Assembly (NCBI GenBank): GCA_963703315.1
Contig: OY969811.1
Span: 928,001 to 992,000 of the forward strand
From: an uncultured cyanobacterium
Lineage (GTDB): Bacteria; Cyanobacteriota; Cyanobacteriia; Pseudanabaenales; Pseudanabaenaceae
Direction: 5' to 3'
Length of the DNA: 64,000 nucleotides
Position numbers and translations under genes: made by a program. This document shows, piece by piece, positions 20,780 through 30,607 of the stretch. Under the pieces are notes generated by a model. It was not told the origin of the DNA, did not search any database, and saw only the letters and a program-made list of their open reading frames with translations. Within the stretch, counting starts at the first letter, position 1. Each line of letters opens with the position of its first letter.

Positions 20780-21004
20780 TTAGTGCTGCTGTTCATACTG
20801 AGATTGCTCAACCACATTGTGATCAAGGTTCTGCTCAGAAGTCTCGTAATAACTAGACAATAATTCGCGAGTTTCGACTTTTCCTAAATTCGACTCGATT
20901 TCAGCGGTGATTGCAACGCATTCACTGCCAGATACGTCAATCGCGCGTTCAACGATTTTGCCATCTTTCCCGATTAAGTACTCGATCCGTTGATATTGCG
21001 ACAT
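20780..21004 (-). CDS. DUF2997-like small protein
   Basis: IEY.I..DG.I.E....G..C...T..IE..LG.V...E....YY pattern. Confidence 0.75.
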   Translation of the reverse strand: MSQYQRIEYLIGKDGKIVERAIDVSGSECVAITAEIESNLGKVETRELLSSYYETSEQNLDHNVVEQSQYEQQH

Positions 21005-21289
21005 GATTTATTAGCTTTTCTCAACAATAACAATTGCTAATATTCTAGCGTTTCTAAATCAAAATGATCAAAATCCTAAAATTAAAGGTGATGCAAAACA
21101 CTAACTTTATCGCTGTAGCTATTTTTTGTAGCTAGGCGCATAAAACCCAAAAAGCTGTGGCGCACGTTGAGCGTACGCCACAGCTTTTGAACAAACTGCT
21201 TAAGAATGACAGCACACCACCAATCTCTTTTTGGTGTTATTTGTTTCCCCGCCTTCGGCGGGGAAACAATCCTCTGTAACTGTGAAACG

Positions 21290-21922
21290 CTATATGACTA
21301 GCTGACCGAGCGATTTTAAAATTTGCAACACTGTGTATAAATGGTTTTCTGGTTCTGAAAGGGAGAAAACTCTAGATAGGATATAAGTAGGATTAGGAGA
21401 GGGGTTGAGCTTAATAAACCGAAATTCTCGCCCATTGGTAATCATGCCAAAGGTGTTTTGGTTTGCCAAGTGATTGGGACTAGCGCTCATATAGGTTAGT
21501 GCTTGGGGCAGAGCCATCATCACGTCATATTGGATGCTTTTGGACTCGATCACCACCACCCAGATAGAATTTTGGAGGACTAACACATCAATTTGTCCCC
21601 GCACAGTTTCTGTCCCATCTTGAGATTCCACCTCTACCGATTCTTCGAGGGTGGTATAAAAAGGGGGATCATAAAACCCTGCTAAAGATAGCAATGGCGA
21701 CAAAGTAACCATCTTGACAGTTACTTCTAAAAGAGGGCGTTTGGCTAAATAAACATAATGTTGCTTAGTCCGATCTAAAATCTGTTTTTCAAATTCAGTC
21801 AAAGCAGGTGCTGATTTCAATAATTCTGTAAAAAAATCATCAGTTGTGATTTGTTGGTGCAAACTTAACTTATCTTCGACATCGTATAAACTTAGCCTAG
21901 AGGCTTGAAGAGTTGCAGGCAT
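21290..21922 (-). CDS. stand-alone type I restriction R-subunit N-terminal-like PD-(D/E)XK protein
   Basis: GQIDVLV..VIESK..ALPQALTYM..GMITNG.EF.FIKL. Confidence 0.75.
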   Translation of the reverse strand: MPATLQASRLSLYDVEDKLSLHQQITTDDFFTELLKSAPALTEFEKQILDRTKQHYVYLAKRPLLEVTVKMVTLSPLLSLAGFYDPPFYTTLEESVEVESQDGTETVRGQIDVLVLQNSIWVVVIESKSIQYDVMMALPQALTYMSASPNHLANQNTFGMITNGREFRFIKLNPSPNPTYILSRVFSLSEPENHLYTVLQILKSLGQLVI

Positions 21923-22012
21923 AGTAATTTCTCCTCTTTAGTGTAAAAAGATGTGTCGCGATCGCCTACACGATCATTTTTCAGCAAGACGCTTTTCAGT
22001 ATTTTGATCATA

Positions 22013-23095
22013 TTATCGTTCTAGTTCTAAGACTTTGCTGGCGGATATGCCATCGGTGGCAGTGCCAAAATACCAAAGGGAAGCGGCGGCTTCGGCACGG
22101 GTGACGGGCTTTTGCGGTTGGAGGATTGTCGTAAATCCAAAGCTCCGTCTAATATTCGCCAGATCCCGTAATTGAGCATCGGCAAAAATTGCACCTAAAG
22201 CACTTTCACTAATGCGATCGCTGTCTTTAAAACCCCATGTTTGACCAATGCTTTCCCATGTGGCACTAGGTAAAGGCTGTCTGAGATCGAGGGGGATTTT
22301 CCACTGTACAAGTTCTTCCCGCAATAGAGGATCATTAGGACGAAAGCGATCGCCTGTACCATTGATTAAACCTGCATTCGCTAGTCCTTGAATGATGGCA
22401 AAGTCTGGATGTGTATTCGGAATATCAGGAAAACTAGGCGCATCACTGCGCTGGGCAAGACGAATCTGGCGGCTGGGTTGATTTTTATAAAGGCGATTAT
22501 TGGTTTCTAATAACCATCGTGCATATTCACGGCGGGCAACTAATAGATTGGGTTTAAATTCTTGACCTGTTTTAGGTGTGATTGTCCCTAGTTGGTATAG
22601 GTCTTTAATCCATGATCGTAGAGAGGTCGGAGCAGTCTCAAGATCGCTAAATTCTTTAGATTCTTTAAGTTCTTTAGACTCTTTGGTGGGAGTTGATGGA
22701 TTAGTGAAATTTATATAGAAAAGCGTCTTGAGAGAAATTTTTGTGATTGGTTTGGTGTTTATTGCAGAGATGGATTGTAGGGCGATCGCTGGTATTTGAC
22801 TAGATAGGCGATCGACCTTATCTGGCGCTCCTGTTGGAAGAGAAGGAATAGTTAAATTGGTTGGATTTGGAGTTGGTTTGCTAGTTGTTGTTGGGGTTGC
22901 TGTTGCCGCTAATGTTGGATTTGGCTGCGCTGATGGTTTGGGTATTTCTGTAGAAGGCGATGGACTAGCTGGTGCGATCGCTACTTCTAGAGAGCTACCA
23001 AGATTTGAGCCTTGACAAGCAGTGAGGGAAGAAGCGGCAAGCCCTAGTAACAAAAATTCGGGGATTCTAGCAATTAATCGAGATTTGAACTTCAT
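22013..23095 (-). CDS. S-layer homology domain lipoprotein
   Basis: LTAC lipobox, Pro/Thr linker, SLH repeats (FKPN..V.RREYARWL, FRPND.L.RE, PVTRAEAA). Confidence 0.85.
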   Translation of the reverse strand: MKFKSRLIARIPEFLLLGLAASSLTACQGSNLGSSLEVAIAPASPSPSTEIPKPSAQPNPTLAATATPTTTSKPTPNPTNLTIPSLPTGAPDKVDRLSSQIPAIALQSISAINTKPITKISLKTLFYINFTNPSTPTKESKELKESKEFSDLETAPTSLRSWIKDLYQLGTITPKTGQEFKPNLLVARREYARWLLETNNRLYKNQPSRQIRLAQRSDAPSFPDIPNTHPDFAIIQGLANAGLINGTGDRFRPNDPLLREELVQWKIPLDLRQPLPSATWESIGQTWGFKDSDRISESALGAIFADAQLRDLANIRRSFGFTTILQPQKPVTRAEAAASLWYFGTATDGISASKVLELER

Positions 23096-23127
23096 CAAAA
23101 TTCCACATCAATATCATCAGGAAAACG

Positions 23128-24909
23128 CTAGTCGATTTCGACTAAATTAGGAGGCGGCAGTAAGGGAATGATGGCGGGGATGACACAGGCAATTTCGGGA
23201 CGGAAATTAGCATAGCGGCTGCTGCGGATAGCGATCAACTCCGATTGAATATCCTGTGGACTTTCGCCTAAGCAAATTAATAGGTGAGTCGTAAGTTCTA
23301 AACTCGCCTCAAAGGTGGGGTGTACGACTTCTTTTGCCCCCAATTGGTAGAGGGTATCGATATCTGCATCTTTTTCGGCTCTTGCCACAATATCGATTTC
23401 GGGTGAAATAGCGATCGCACGTTGCACGGCTAGTCTCGTAGCGATTGGGTCAGAAATAGCGATTAACATTGATCGCGCATGGTCGATTTCCGCTTTTTCT
23501 AGCACAAAGGGGCTAGAACAGTTGCCGTATAGATAGGGGATATTTTGCGATCGCAGCATTTCCACCTTAGACTCGGCATCTTCAATTACCAGCACGGGAT
23601 AACCTTTAGATTGCAACAAAGATACGATCCCCTGCCCGATCCGCCCATAGCCACAGACCACGACATGATCCTTGAGTTCGGCATTGGTTGAAAGTTCTTG
23701 GGGCATATCCAGCTTATTCATCCATGCTTTGAGAACAGGTACTTTTTCGAGGAGTTGTAAAATCTGCGGTGTTGCTTTGAGTAAAAAGGGTGTAACCATC
23801 AAAGTGACAGCCGTTGTCCCTAAAATCAGCAGATAAACTCGCCGCGAAACTAAGCCTAATTTTTGTCCTTCGCTAGCTAGTACGAAGGAAAATTCTCCAA
23901 TTTGGGCTAAGCCTAAACCCGCAAAAATGGCAACCCGCAAAGGATAGCGGAAAAAGCTGACTAAGGGGACGACAATTAAAAATTTACCGATCATCACGAT
24001 CGCGACTAGACTCAGAATCAATTCCCAGTTTTGGATCAGAAATACAGGATCAATCAACATCCCGATCGCTGCAAAGAATAGGGTCGCAAATACATCGCGC
24101 AGTGGTTCCACGTAGGTGAGGGCTTGATCGGCATATTCCACCTCCGAAATCATTAGACCTGCAACGAATGCGCCCATTTCGATTGACAGTCCTAAATGCT
24201 CAGTTAACAAAGCAATTCCTAGACATAGCACAATTACACTGAGCAAAAATAATTCGCGACTCTCGGTACTCGCTACCCAGCGCAAAAATGGCGGAATTAG
24301 CCAAATCCCTGCGGCGATCGCGGCTCCTGCAAACAGTGCGGTCACCGATAAAGCTTTAATGACTTCAATACCTACAGATTCGGGCTGATCGAGGGCAGGC
24401 AATACCGCCAACATCAAGCCCAAAGCTAAATCCTGAATGATCAACATCCCCAATGTGACTTGTCCCTGTGCTGACTCAGTTTCATTGGTTTCCATCAGGC
24501 TACGGAGTACTACTGCCGTTGACGAGAGCGATAAAATACCACCGAGGAAAATTCCTTGCGTTGGCGTGTCTACCCATCCCACAAATACCGATACACCCGT
24601 AGTTAAGGCGATCGTCAGCAAAATTTGTAATGTGCCACCACCGAGGGCGATCGCTCTTACCTTATTTAATTGCTTCAGTGAAAACTCCACACCGAGGGCA
24701 AATAGCAAAAACGCCACCCCAAACTGAGCAAGGGTTTCCACTTGAATCAATTCTTTGATCAGTCCTAAGCCCGTAGGACCAACCACGATGCCACCAAAGA
24801 TGTAGCCCAATAACACTGGTAATCGTAGCGCCGCCGCCAGTAGTCCACCAAAGGAGGCTGCGGCAAGCACGGTTACTAAGTCAACAATTAACCGAAAATC
24901 TTCTTGCAC
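23128..24909 (-). CDS. CPA2 cation:proton antiporter with TrkA-N domain
   Basis: GVAFLLF.LG.EFS, LSSTAVV, QD, QIGEFSF; VVCGYGRIG. Confidence 0.9.
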   Translation of the reverse strand: MQEDFRLIVDLVTVLAAASFGGLLAAALRLPVLLGYIFGGIVVGPTGLGLIKELIQVETLAQFGVAFLLFALGVEFSLKQLNKVRAIALGGGTLQILLTIALTTGVSVFVGWVDTPTQGIFLGGILSLSSTAVVLRSLMETNETESAQGQVTLGMLIIQDLALGLMLAVLPALDQPESVGIEVIKALSVTALFAGAAIAAGIWLIPPFLRWVASTESRELFLLSVIVLCLGIALLTEHLGLSIEMGAFVAGLMISEVEYADQALTYVEPLRDVFATLFFAAIGMLIDPVFLIQNWELILSLVAIVMIGKFLIVVPLVSFFRYPLRVAIFAGLGLAQIGEFSFVLASEGQKLGLVSRRVYLLILGTTAVTLMVTPFLLKATPQILQLLEKVPVLKAWMNKLDMPQELSTNAELKDHVVVCGYGRIGQGIVSLLQSKGYPVLVIEDAESKVEMLRSQNIPYLYGNCSSPFVLEKAEIDHARSMLIAISDPIATRLAVQRAIAISPEIDIVARAEKDADIDTLYQLGAKEVVHPTFEASLELTTHLLICLGESPQDIQSELIAIRSSRYANFRPEIACVIPAIIPLLPPPNLVEID

Positions 24910-25038
24910 AGGGATCAACTCAAGAACATTGCCTTATCTACTTTAGCTTGGATTAAGTTGATATTTATTTTCACTGCTGTTGTCTTTCTTTAGATAGTTT
25001 AGAGTGGCGGCGCAAAGCGCCGCCACTCTTCATAATTT

Positions 25039-25116
25039 GTAGGATGCGTTAGTGCAACGTAACGCATCCATTAGGTAAAAAAGATGATGGGTTACGCGAT
25101 CGCTAACCCATCCTAC
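25039..25116. repeat. REP doublet (REPIN-like), GTAG...CTAC
   Basis: GTAGGATGCGTTA..TAACGCATCC and inverted GATGGGTTA..TAACCCATCCTAC. Confidence 0.7.
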
Positions 25117-25152
25117 ATTTAATTCCAACAACCTATAATTCCAACAACCTAC

Positions 25153-26343
25153 TTATACGGATTTTCTAAACATCTCAATTAAGGGCTTAGTTAACCAATG
25201 ACTGCCAATTTTCCATTGATGTTGCAAGGTTGGCATTCTTAGTAAATAAGCTAGTCGCCGCATCGTATAGGCTGGTAATCCATCAATGCTAAATTTTCCA
25301 AAAATGGAAGCTGTTGCACCGTCAATTCCTAAACTGATAAATTCACCGAGAGGAATATAACTAAAGTTAACTAGAGGCTTGTGGTTGAGGCTTGACCAGA
25401 TATTCCAAGCGCAGTATTGGGATTGCTGAAAGGCAACCTGTGCAGTCGCAGGTAAAAGTTCTCCATTCGCATCAAAGCAACCTGCTAAATCACCGATCGC
25501 AAATACATCAGCATAGCCTTTAACTTGTAAAGTTGGCTCTGTCGCGATCGCCCCTTGACGACGATGCTCAACGGGTAGGTTTTGTAATAGTTTGGAGAAG
25601 GTACTACCCACCGTCCACAACACAATATCCACAGGCAATGTATCGCTACCATCGGCATAGTCAAAGGTAACTTCGCTATCGGTGACTTGGGAGACTCTAG
25701 TATTGAGATCCGTCCAGACTCCACGCTGTGAGAGTGCGAGTTCCGCGATCTTTCGATTGGCATCGGTGGAGTTACCTAAAATTTTGTTATTACGATCAAC
25801 GAGGCGGACTCGACCACGCTCTTTGAGGCGATCGGCAATCTTACAGGCAAGTTCTACACCACTGCTACCACCACCCGCAATACATACTCTAATTTTGTCG
25901 CGATTAGAAGCTTCGAGTAATTCTAATTTGCTATTAAGTCGATAGAAGTCATGGAGATTCCGAAATGGAATGGCATATTCTGATGCTCCTGCCACAAGGT
26001 TCATCGGAGTTTCACCGCCGATCGCTAAAACTAGGCGATCGTAAGCGAGAAAGCTGCGTTGACCAATATTTACTTCTACTTGCTGCGCGGCAAAATCAAT
26101 ATTAGTCACGACACCCTGAACAAACTGAATACCAGTATTGGCAAGTAATTCGGTAAATGTAGGCGCAATTTCCCACTCCTGCATTTCTCCTGTCACTAAC
26201 TCGTAGAGAAATGGCGTAAATAGAAAGCGATCGCTTTTATCAATCAGGATGATTTCAGGCATGACTGTCCAAGGCAGGCGAGACAGATTAAGTGCAGTAT
26301 ATAAACCACCAAAACCACCACCAAGAATACAAATTCGTGTCAT
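25153..26343 (-). CDS. ndbB: type II NADH dehydrogenase-like, NdbB (demethylphylloquinone reductase)
   Basis: RICILGGGFGGLYTAL..L..LPW, FLFTPFLYEL..EM..WEIAP, GVELACK.AD. Confidence 0.8.
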   Translation of the reverse strand: MTRICILGGGFGGLYTALNLSRLPWTVMPEIILIDKSDRFLFTPFLYELVTGEMQEWEIAPTFTELLANTGIQFVQGVVTNIDFAAQQVEVNIGQRSFLAYDRLVLAIGGETPMNLVAGASEYAIPFRNLHDFYRLNSKLELLEASNRDKIRVCIAGGGSSGVELACKIADRLKERGRVRLVDRNNKILGNSTDANRKIAELALSQRGVWTDLNTRVSQVTDSEVTFDYADGSDTLPVDIVLWTVGSTFSKLLQNLPVEHRRQGAIATEPTLQVKGYADVFAIGDLAGCFDANGELLPATAQVAFQQSQYCAWNIWSSLNHKPLVNFSYIPLGEFISLGIDGATASIFGKFSIDGLPAYTMRRLAYLLRMPTLQHQWKIGSHWLTKPLIEMFRKSV

Positions 26344-26498
26344 CAGCACATCCAGATTGTTGTTTCCGTTTCTATTTTATAGCAATCCTCATTAAAGGAG
26401 CGCGACGCGCTCCTTTAATGCCTATATTTTGAAAGTGCCGCTTTCAAAATATTTTCTGGGTTTTCATTCAACGCAAAGCGCTGTAAAACATGATTACT

Positions 26499-26528
26499 TC
26501 GTTAACTTTTGGTTAAATTCTGGTTATC
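26499..26528 (-). promoter_or_regulatory. possible Pho box (3 repeats at 11-bp spacing)
   Basis: GATAACCA-GAA-TTTAACCA-AAA-GTTAACGA on the minus strand. Confidence 0.4.
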
Positions 26529-26608
26529 TATTTTTACTTGCACTCATAGATTGTCATCCGATAATGTACATATATTACTATTTTTAAAATTGCACAATTG
26601 GGGGCTTT

Positions 26609-28591
26609 GTGGTTAAATCTGTGTTGCTTGCCCAGCTATCAGAAGAGCAATCTCTGATGTGGCACAATGTATTAACTTCCCATCAATTAGAAGTATGGGC
26701 TGCCCCTGAAAGTGCAGACTTACTCAAGCTACTTGAGCAGAAACATCAATCTAAGCAAGCTTTACCTCAACTAATTATTTCTGATATTGGCATTAGATAT
26801 TATGGCGGTACATCTTTATTAGCCACAGAACTCTGTAAATGGTGCGCGGACAATGCACCTGAGTTAAGAGTTTTGCTAGTTAATCCCCGCCAAGATCAGA
26901 TTAAAGAAGTAGAAAGGCGTTGGGCAACGCGGCGGGGAGCGATCGATTTATTGCCGAAGGTTTCTATAGACAATCTCAGTTCCGCTTTTACAGTTGCTGC
27001 CAAAGCTTTAGAGCTAAAAGTCAATTCAGAAGCCTTAAACACTGCGATTACTAATCTTAAACGTCAGCAGTCCTTACCAGATAAAGGCGCTGTGAAGGGG
27101 AAAAACATTAGGCAAACTGCGACTGAAGAGTTAGCTCGCAAAATGGCAATGATTCCATTAATGGTGATGGCAAATGAACCTGAAATGGAATCATCATCCT
27201 CTAGTAATCTTTCATCTAATAGTTCTCAACGTCAACTAGCTTTAGATGCAACTATTTCCGAACTTCATCTTTATAATATCAAAATCGATTTAGAACAAAC
27301 AGGGGCGATCGCGCAGCAGCTATTTAAAGATAATCCTCTACTGCCAGCCCTCATCGTTTGTGAGCAGGATCGTTATGTGGGAATGCTATCGCGGCGCAGA
27401 TTTTTAGAATGTCTCAGTCGCCCTTATGCATTGGAGTTGTTTACCAAAAGACCATTGAGAGTCCTTTATGAACAATTTCAAGCAGACATTCTCAAGCTGC
27501 ATGGCAATATGCCAATTGTGATGGCATCTCAGTTAGCTCTCAGCCGTATCAATGACGATATTTACGAGCCTGTAATTGTTCATTTAGCTGACGATGTTTA
27601 TTCAGTATTGGATGTTCATGACTTATTGCAAGCTCAGTCCTATATCCACGAAATAGCGACCAAGTTATTGCGTGAGCAAACCCAGACCACCATGTTCCAA
27701 ACTGAAAAAATGGCGAGTCTAGGGCAAATTGTGGCGGAAGTATCCCATGATATTCGGAATCCTGTATCCGCGATTTATGGCAATACTGAGTGCCTTTTGA
27801 CTTACATAGAAGGAGTGATGAAAATCTTAAGAGCCTATGAAAAAGAATATGGAACTTCCGCACCAATAGTTCGTGAAACTTTAGAAGAAATTGATTGGGA
27901 GTTTGTGCGTTCAGATTTACCCCAAGTTGTCAAAAGTATCCAATCGGGAGCAAGATATTTGCGGCGATTGGTGGACACTTTGCAAAGCCTTTCCCACATG
28001 GAAGATCATGCGACACCAGATGCAATTAATTTACTGGAATGTGTCGATAGTAGTTTAACAATTCTCAGTGGCAGAATTAGAAATGTCCAGATTGTTAAAA
28101 ACTATATCGATCTGCCTCAAGTTAATGGATATAGCGATCGCATCATTCAAGTATTTATGAATCTGATCAGTAACTCCCTTGATGCTTTGGTCGATTTGAA
28201 TTCTCAACCTGAGTTAATCAAACAACGTCAACAGATGATCCACAAGGATGAAGTAAATACTAGAAATGGGAATGTGCAAACTGCATCCGAAATTAAATGG
28301 CAGCCTTTGATCACGATTACAGCAGCGATCGCGGAAATTGATCGTCGCAACTGGATATCCGTCAAAGTTTCAGACAATGGCATGGGAATTCCTAAAGAAA
28401 TTCAAGATCGCATCTTTGATAATTTCTTTACGACGAAGGGACAGGGGAAGGGGACTGGTTTAGGTTTGGCAATTTGCCATCAAATCATTACCCAGCAGCA
28501 TCATGGCAAAATTGTGCTGCGATCGCCTTACCTCAATCATAAAGGTGATGTGACCATTGGTACTGAGTTTGAAGTCTTGCTCCCAATATAG
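26609..28591 (+). CDS. sensor histidine kinase with N-terminal receiver-like and CBS-like domains
   Basis: EKMASLGQ..HDIRNP H-box, QVFMNL..N, DNG.GI, FFTTK, GTGLGL. Confidence 0.88.
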   Translation: MVKSVLLAQLSEEQSLMWHNVLTSHQLEVWAAPESADLLKLLEQKHQSKQALPQLIISDIGIRYYGGTSLLATELCKWCADNAPELRVLLVNPRQDQIKEVERRWATRRGAIDLLPKVSIDNLSSAFTVAAKALELKVNSEALNTAITNLKRQQSLPDKGAVKGKNIRQTATEELARKMAMIPLMVMANEPEMESSSSSNLSSNSSQRQLALDATISELHLYNIKIDLEQTGAIAQQLFKDNPLLPALIVCEQDRYVGMLSRRRFLECLSRPYALELFTKRPLRVLYEQFQADILKLHGNMPIVMASQLALSRINDDIYEPVIVHLADDVYSVLDVHDLLQAQSYIHEIATKLLREQTQTTMFQTEKMASLGQIVAEVSHDIRNPVSAIYGNTECLLTYIEGVMKILRAYEKEYGTSAPIVRETLEEIDWEFVRSDLPQVVKSIQSGARYLRRLVDTLQSLSHMEDHATPDAINLLECVDSSLTILSGRIRNVQIVKNYIDLPQVNGYSDRIIQVFMNLISNSLDALVDLNSQPELIKQRQQMIHKDEVNTRNGNVQTASEIKWQPLITITAAIAEIDRRNWISVKVSDNGMGIPKEIQDRIFDNFFTTKGQGKGTGLGLAICHQIITQQHHGKIVLRSPYLNHKGDVTIGTEFEVLLPI

Positions 28592-28767
28592 AGTGTGCGA
28601 AGCGAAGTTTGCTCTAGCCCCTCGCCCTTGGGGGAGGCGCTAGGGGTGAGGGTCTTAGAAACTTGCAAAGAAGTTTTCATTTTGCCATTGGCAAAATGAA
28701 AACTTCTTTGCAGTGTTGCTTTGCGGGGATTCGCGGTAGGATACAAGCTGAAGACTGAGAGAATTGT

Positions 28768-29976
28768 ATGGTGCATCAACTGCCAACTGGCGCAAAAGAT
28801 TTACTTCCCCTAGACGTTGCTCAAAAGCGTTGGATCGAGAGCCGTATTCAACAAGTTTTTCAATCATGGGGATATCAACGCATCATTACCCCAACCGTTG
28901 AGCATTTGCGATCGCTTACCGCAGGTGGAGCCGTCGATCCTGAATCCGTAATCCAACTACATAGCAGCAGCATCGATATTTTAGGTTTACGCCCTGAATT
29001 TACTGCCTCGATCGCTCGTGCCTATGCAGCGCGTCTAGGTGGCAATGTGGCAACCTGTCCCCAACGCATTTATTACAATGCCAATGTATTTCGACGCAAA
29101 TCTAATAACACCTCCGAAGAATCTTTTCAAGCAGGGGTCGAACTACTAGGCGCATCAGGTTTACTAGCCGATGGCGAAATTTTGCTACTCCTCGCCGAAA
29201 GCTTTGATCGAGTGGAATTAGACGATTGGAAAATTATTCTCGGTGATGCTCGACTCACAGGAGCATTACTAGATTTATTGCCTGAACAATATCGCGCCAA
29301 AGTGCGGCAAGCCCTTGCCAAACTTGATCGAATTGCGATCGTTGAAATGGATTTACCCGCCGAGGTTAAAGGCTATGCCCTCGAATTGATCGATCTACGT
29401 GGCAAGCCCAAGGATGTCCTGAGTCGTTTGGCAAATAGTGCATGGACATCGGGACTCACGGGCGAGATTAACTATCTCAAGTCTTTAATCGATCTCTGGG
29501 AAAGCACAGGTCAAAGTACTAGTAAGAATGTTGGTTGGGGCGATCGCCTAATTCTCGATCTCAGTTTTATGCAAACCTTTGACTATTACACAGGGATTGT
29601 GTTTGAAGTCGCTTGCAATAACTATGTAGTTGCTCAAGGCGGACGATACGATCGCCTACTTGGTGTCTATCATCCTCAAAACGTTAGCTATCCCAGTATT
29701 GGCTTTTGCATTAACCTCGAAGACTTACAGCAAGCCTTGCAATCTCGACTGCCTCAAACGCTGACTACCTCTAGCTGTTTAGTCGTAGCCAAAAATCCTG
29801 ATGCTATGCAAGCTGCCTTTGCCCATGCGACAAAGTTACGTCAAGCTAATGATGCTGTCGAACTAGAACTAGAATTTCGCCCTGAAGATGTTGTACGCGA
29901 CCATGCGCGATCGCGTGGTATCCCTCAAATCGCATGGATCAGTGCCGATGGCACAATCTCTTCAGAACGTATCTAA
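28768..29976 (+). CDS. hisZ: ATP phosphoribosyltransferase regulatory subunit
   Basis: P.GAKDLLP, LRPEFTASIAR, QAGVEL, YYTGIVF, GGRYD. Confidence 0.92.
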   Translation: MVHQLPTGAKDLLPLDVAQKRWIESRIQQVFQSWGYQRIITPTVEHLRSLTAGGAVDPESVIQLHSSSIDILGLRPEFTASIARAYAARLGGNVATCPQRIYYNANVFRRKSNNTSEESFQAGVELLGASGLLADGEILLLLAESFDRVELDDWKIILGDARLTGALLDLLPEQYRAKVRQALAKLDRIAIVEMDLPAEVKGYALELIDLRGKPKDVLSRLANSAWTSGLTGEINYLKSLIDLWESTGQSTSKNVGWGDRLILDLSFMQTFDYYTGIVFEVACNNYVVAQGGRYDRLLGVYHPQNVSYPSIGFCINLEDLQQALQSRLPQTLTTSSCLVVAKNPDAMQAAFAHATKLRQANDAVELELEFRPEDVVRDHARSRGIPQIAWISADGTISSERI

Positions 29977-30129
29977 AAAACTACACCGCCCGCTATACGG
30001 GTGGCGTAGTTTTTTGGGCTTGAGCCAATTTTCCTTGTTAAAACCTCTATTAAATTTGGATAACATAGGGTAATCTATTCAACCAATCATCCATTTTGGT
30101 AGTGATTTGATAGTGATAGGTACGTTTGC

Positions 30130-30573
30130 ATGAGATTTCCAGAAACAGCAAAATCGAGCGTAAGTTTAGCTTTTAGCCTAGGACTGATCGGTGCGATCGT
30201 GACAGTTGGCTGGTACTACATCATTGTGCCTTATAGGAAGCAACCTGAAAGACCAGTCTTTGCTAACGATCTCAAAGCTGCACCTGCACCAAAATCACCG
30301 ATCGCTACGATTAAAGTTCCAGCAATACCTCAACCAACGGTCAAAGCAAAACCCAAAGCTGTTGACGCAAAATATCAAGGTAAGGTCAATGCCAGTATCG
30401 GTTTAGTGTTTCGCTCTGATCCCAATCAAGCTGCCAAAAATGTTGGTGGTGCAGACTTTAACACCAAGGTTGCGGTGATTAGGGAAACTCCCGATCGCGA
30501 ATGGGTATATGTCAGAAATGAAAATACTAAAGAAGAAGGCTGGGTAAGAGGCGGTAACATCACCAAAGAATAG
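30130..30573 (+). CDS. membrane-anchored SH3b-domain protein
   Basis: N-terminal TM, Pro-rich linker, GL.FR..P...W.YVR...EGWV..GN. Confidence 0.75.
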   Translation: MRFPETAKSSVSLAFSLGLIGAIVTVGWYYIIVPYRKQPERPVFANDLKAAPAPKSPIATIKVPAIPQPTVKAKPKAVDAKYQGKVNASIGLVFRSDPNQAAKNVGGADFNTKVAVIRETPDREWVYVRNENTKEEGWVRGGNITKE

Positions 30574-30607
30574 ATAAAGGGTTCGCTTTGCGAACCCTTT
30601 ATCTATT
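30569..30607. terminator. bidirectional hairpin containing both stop codons
   Basis: AATAGATAAAGGGTTCGC-TTT-GCGAACCCTTTATCTATT. Confidence 0.75.
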
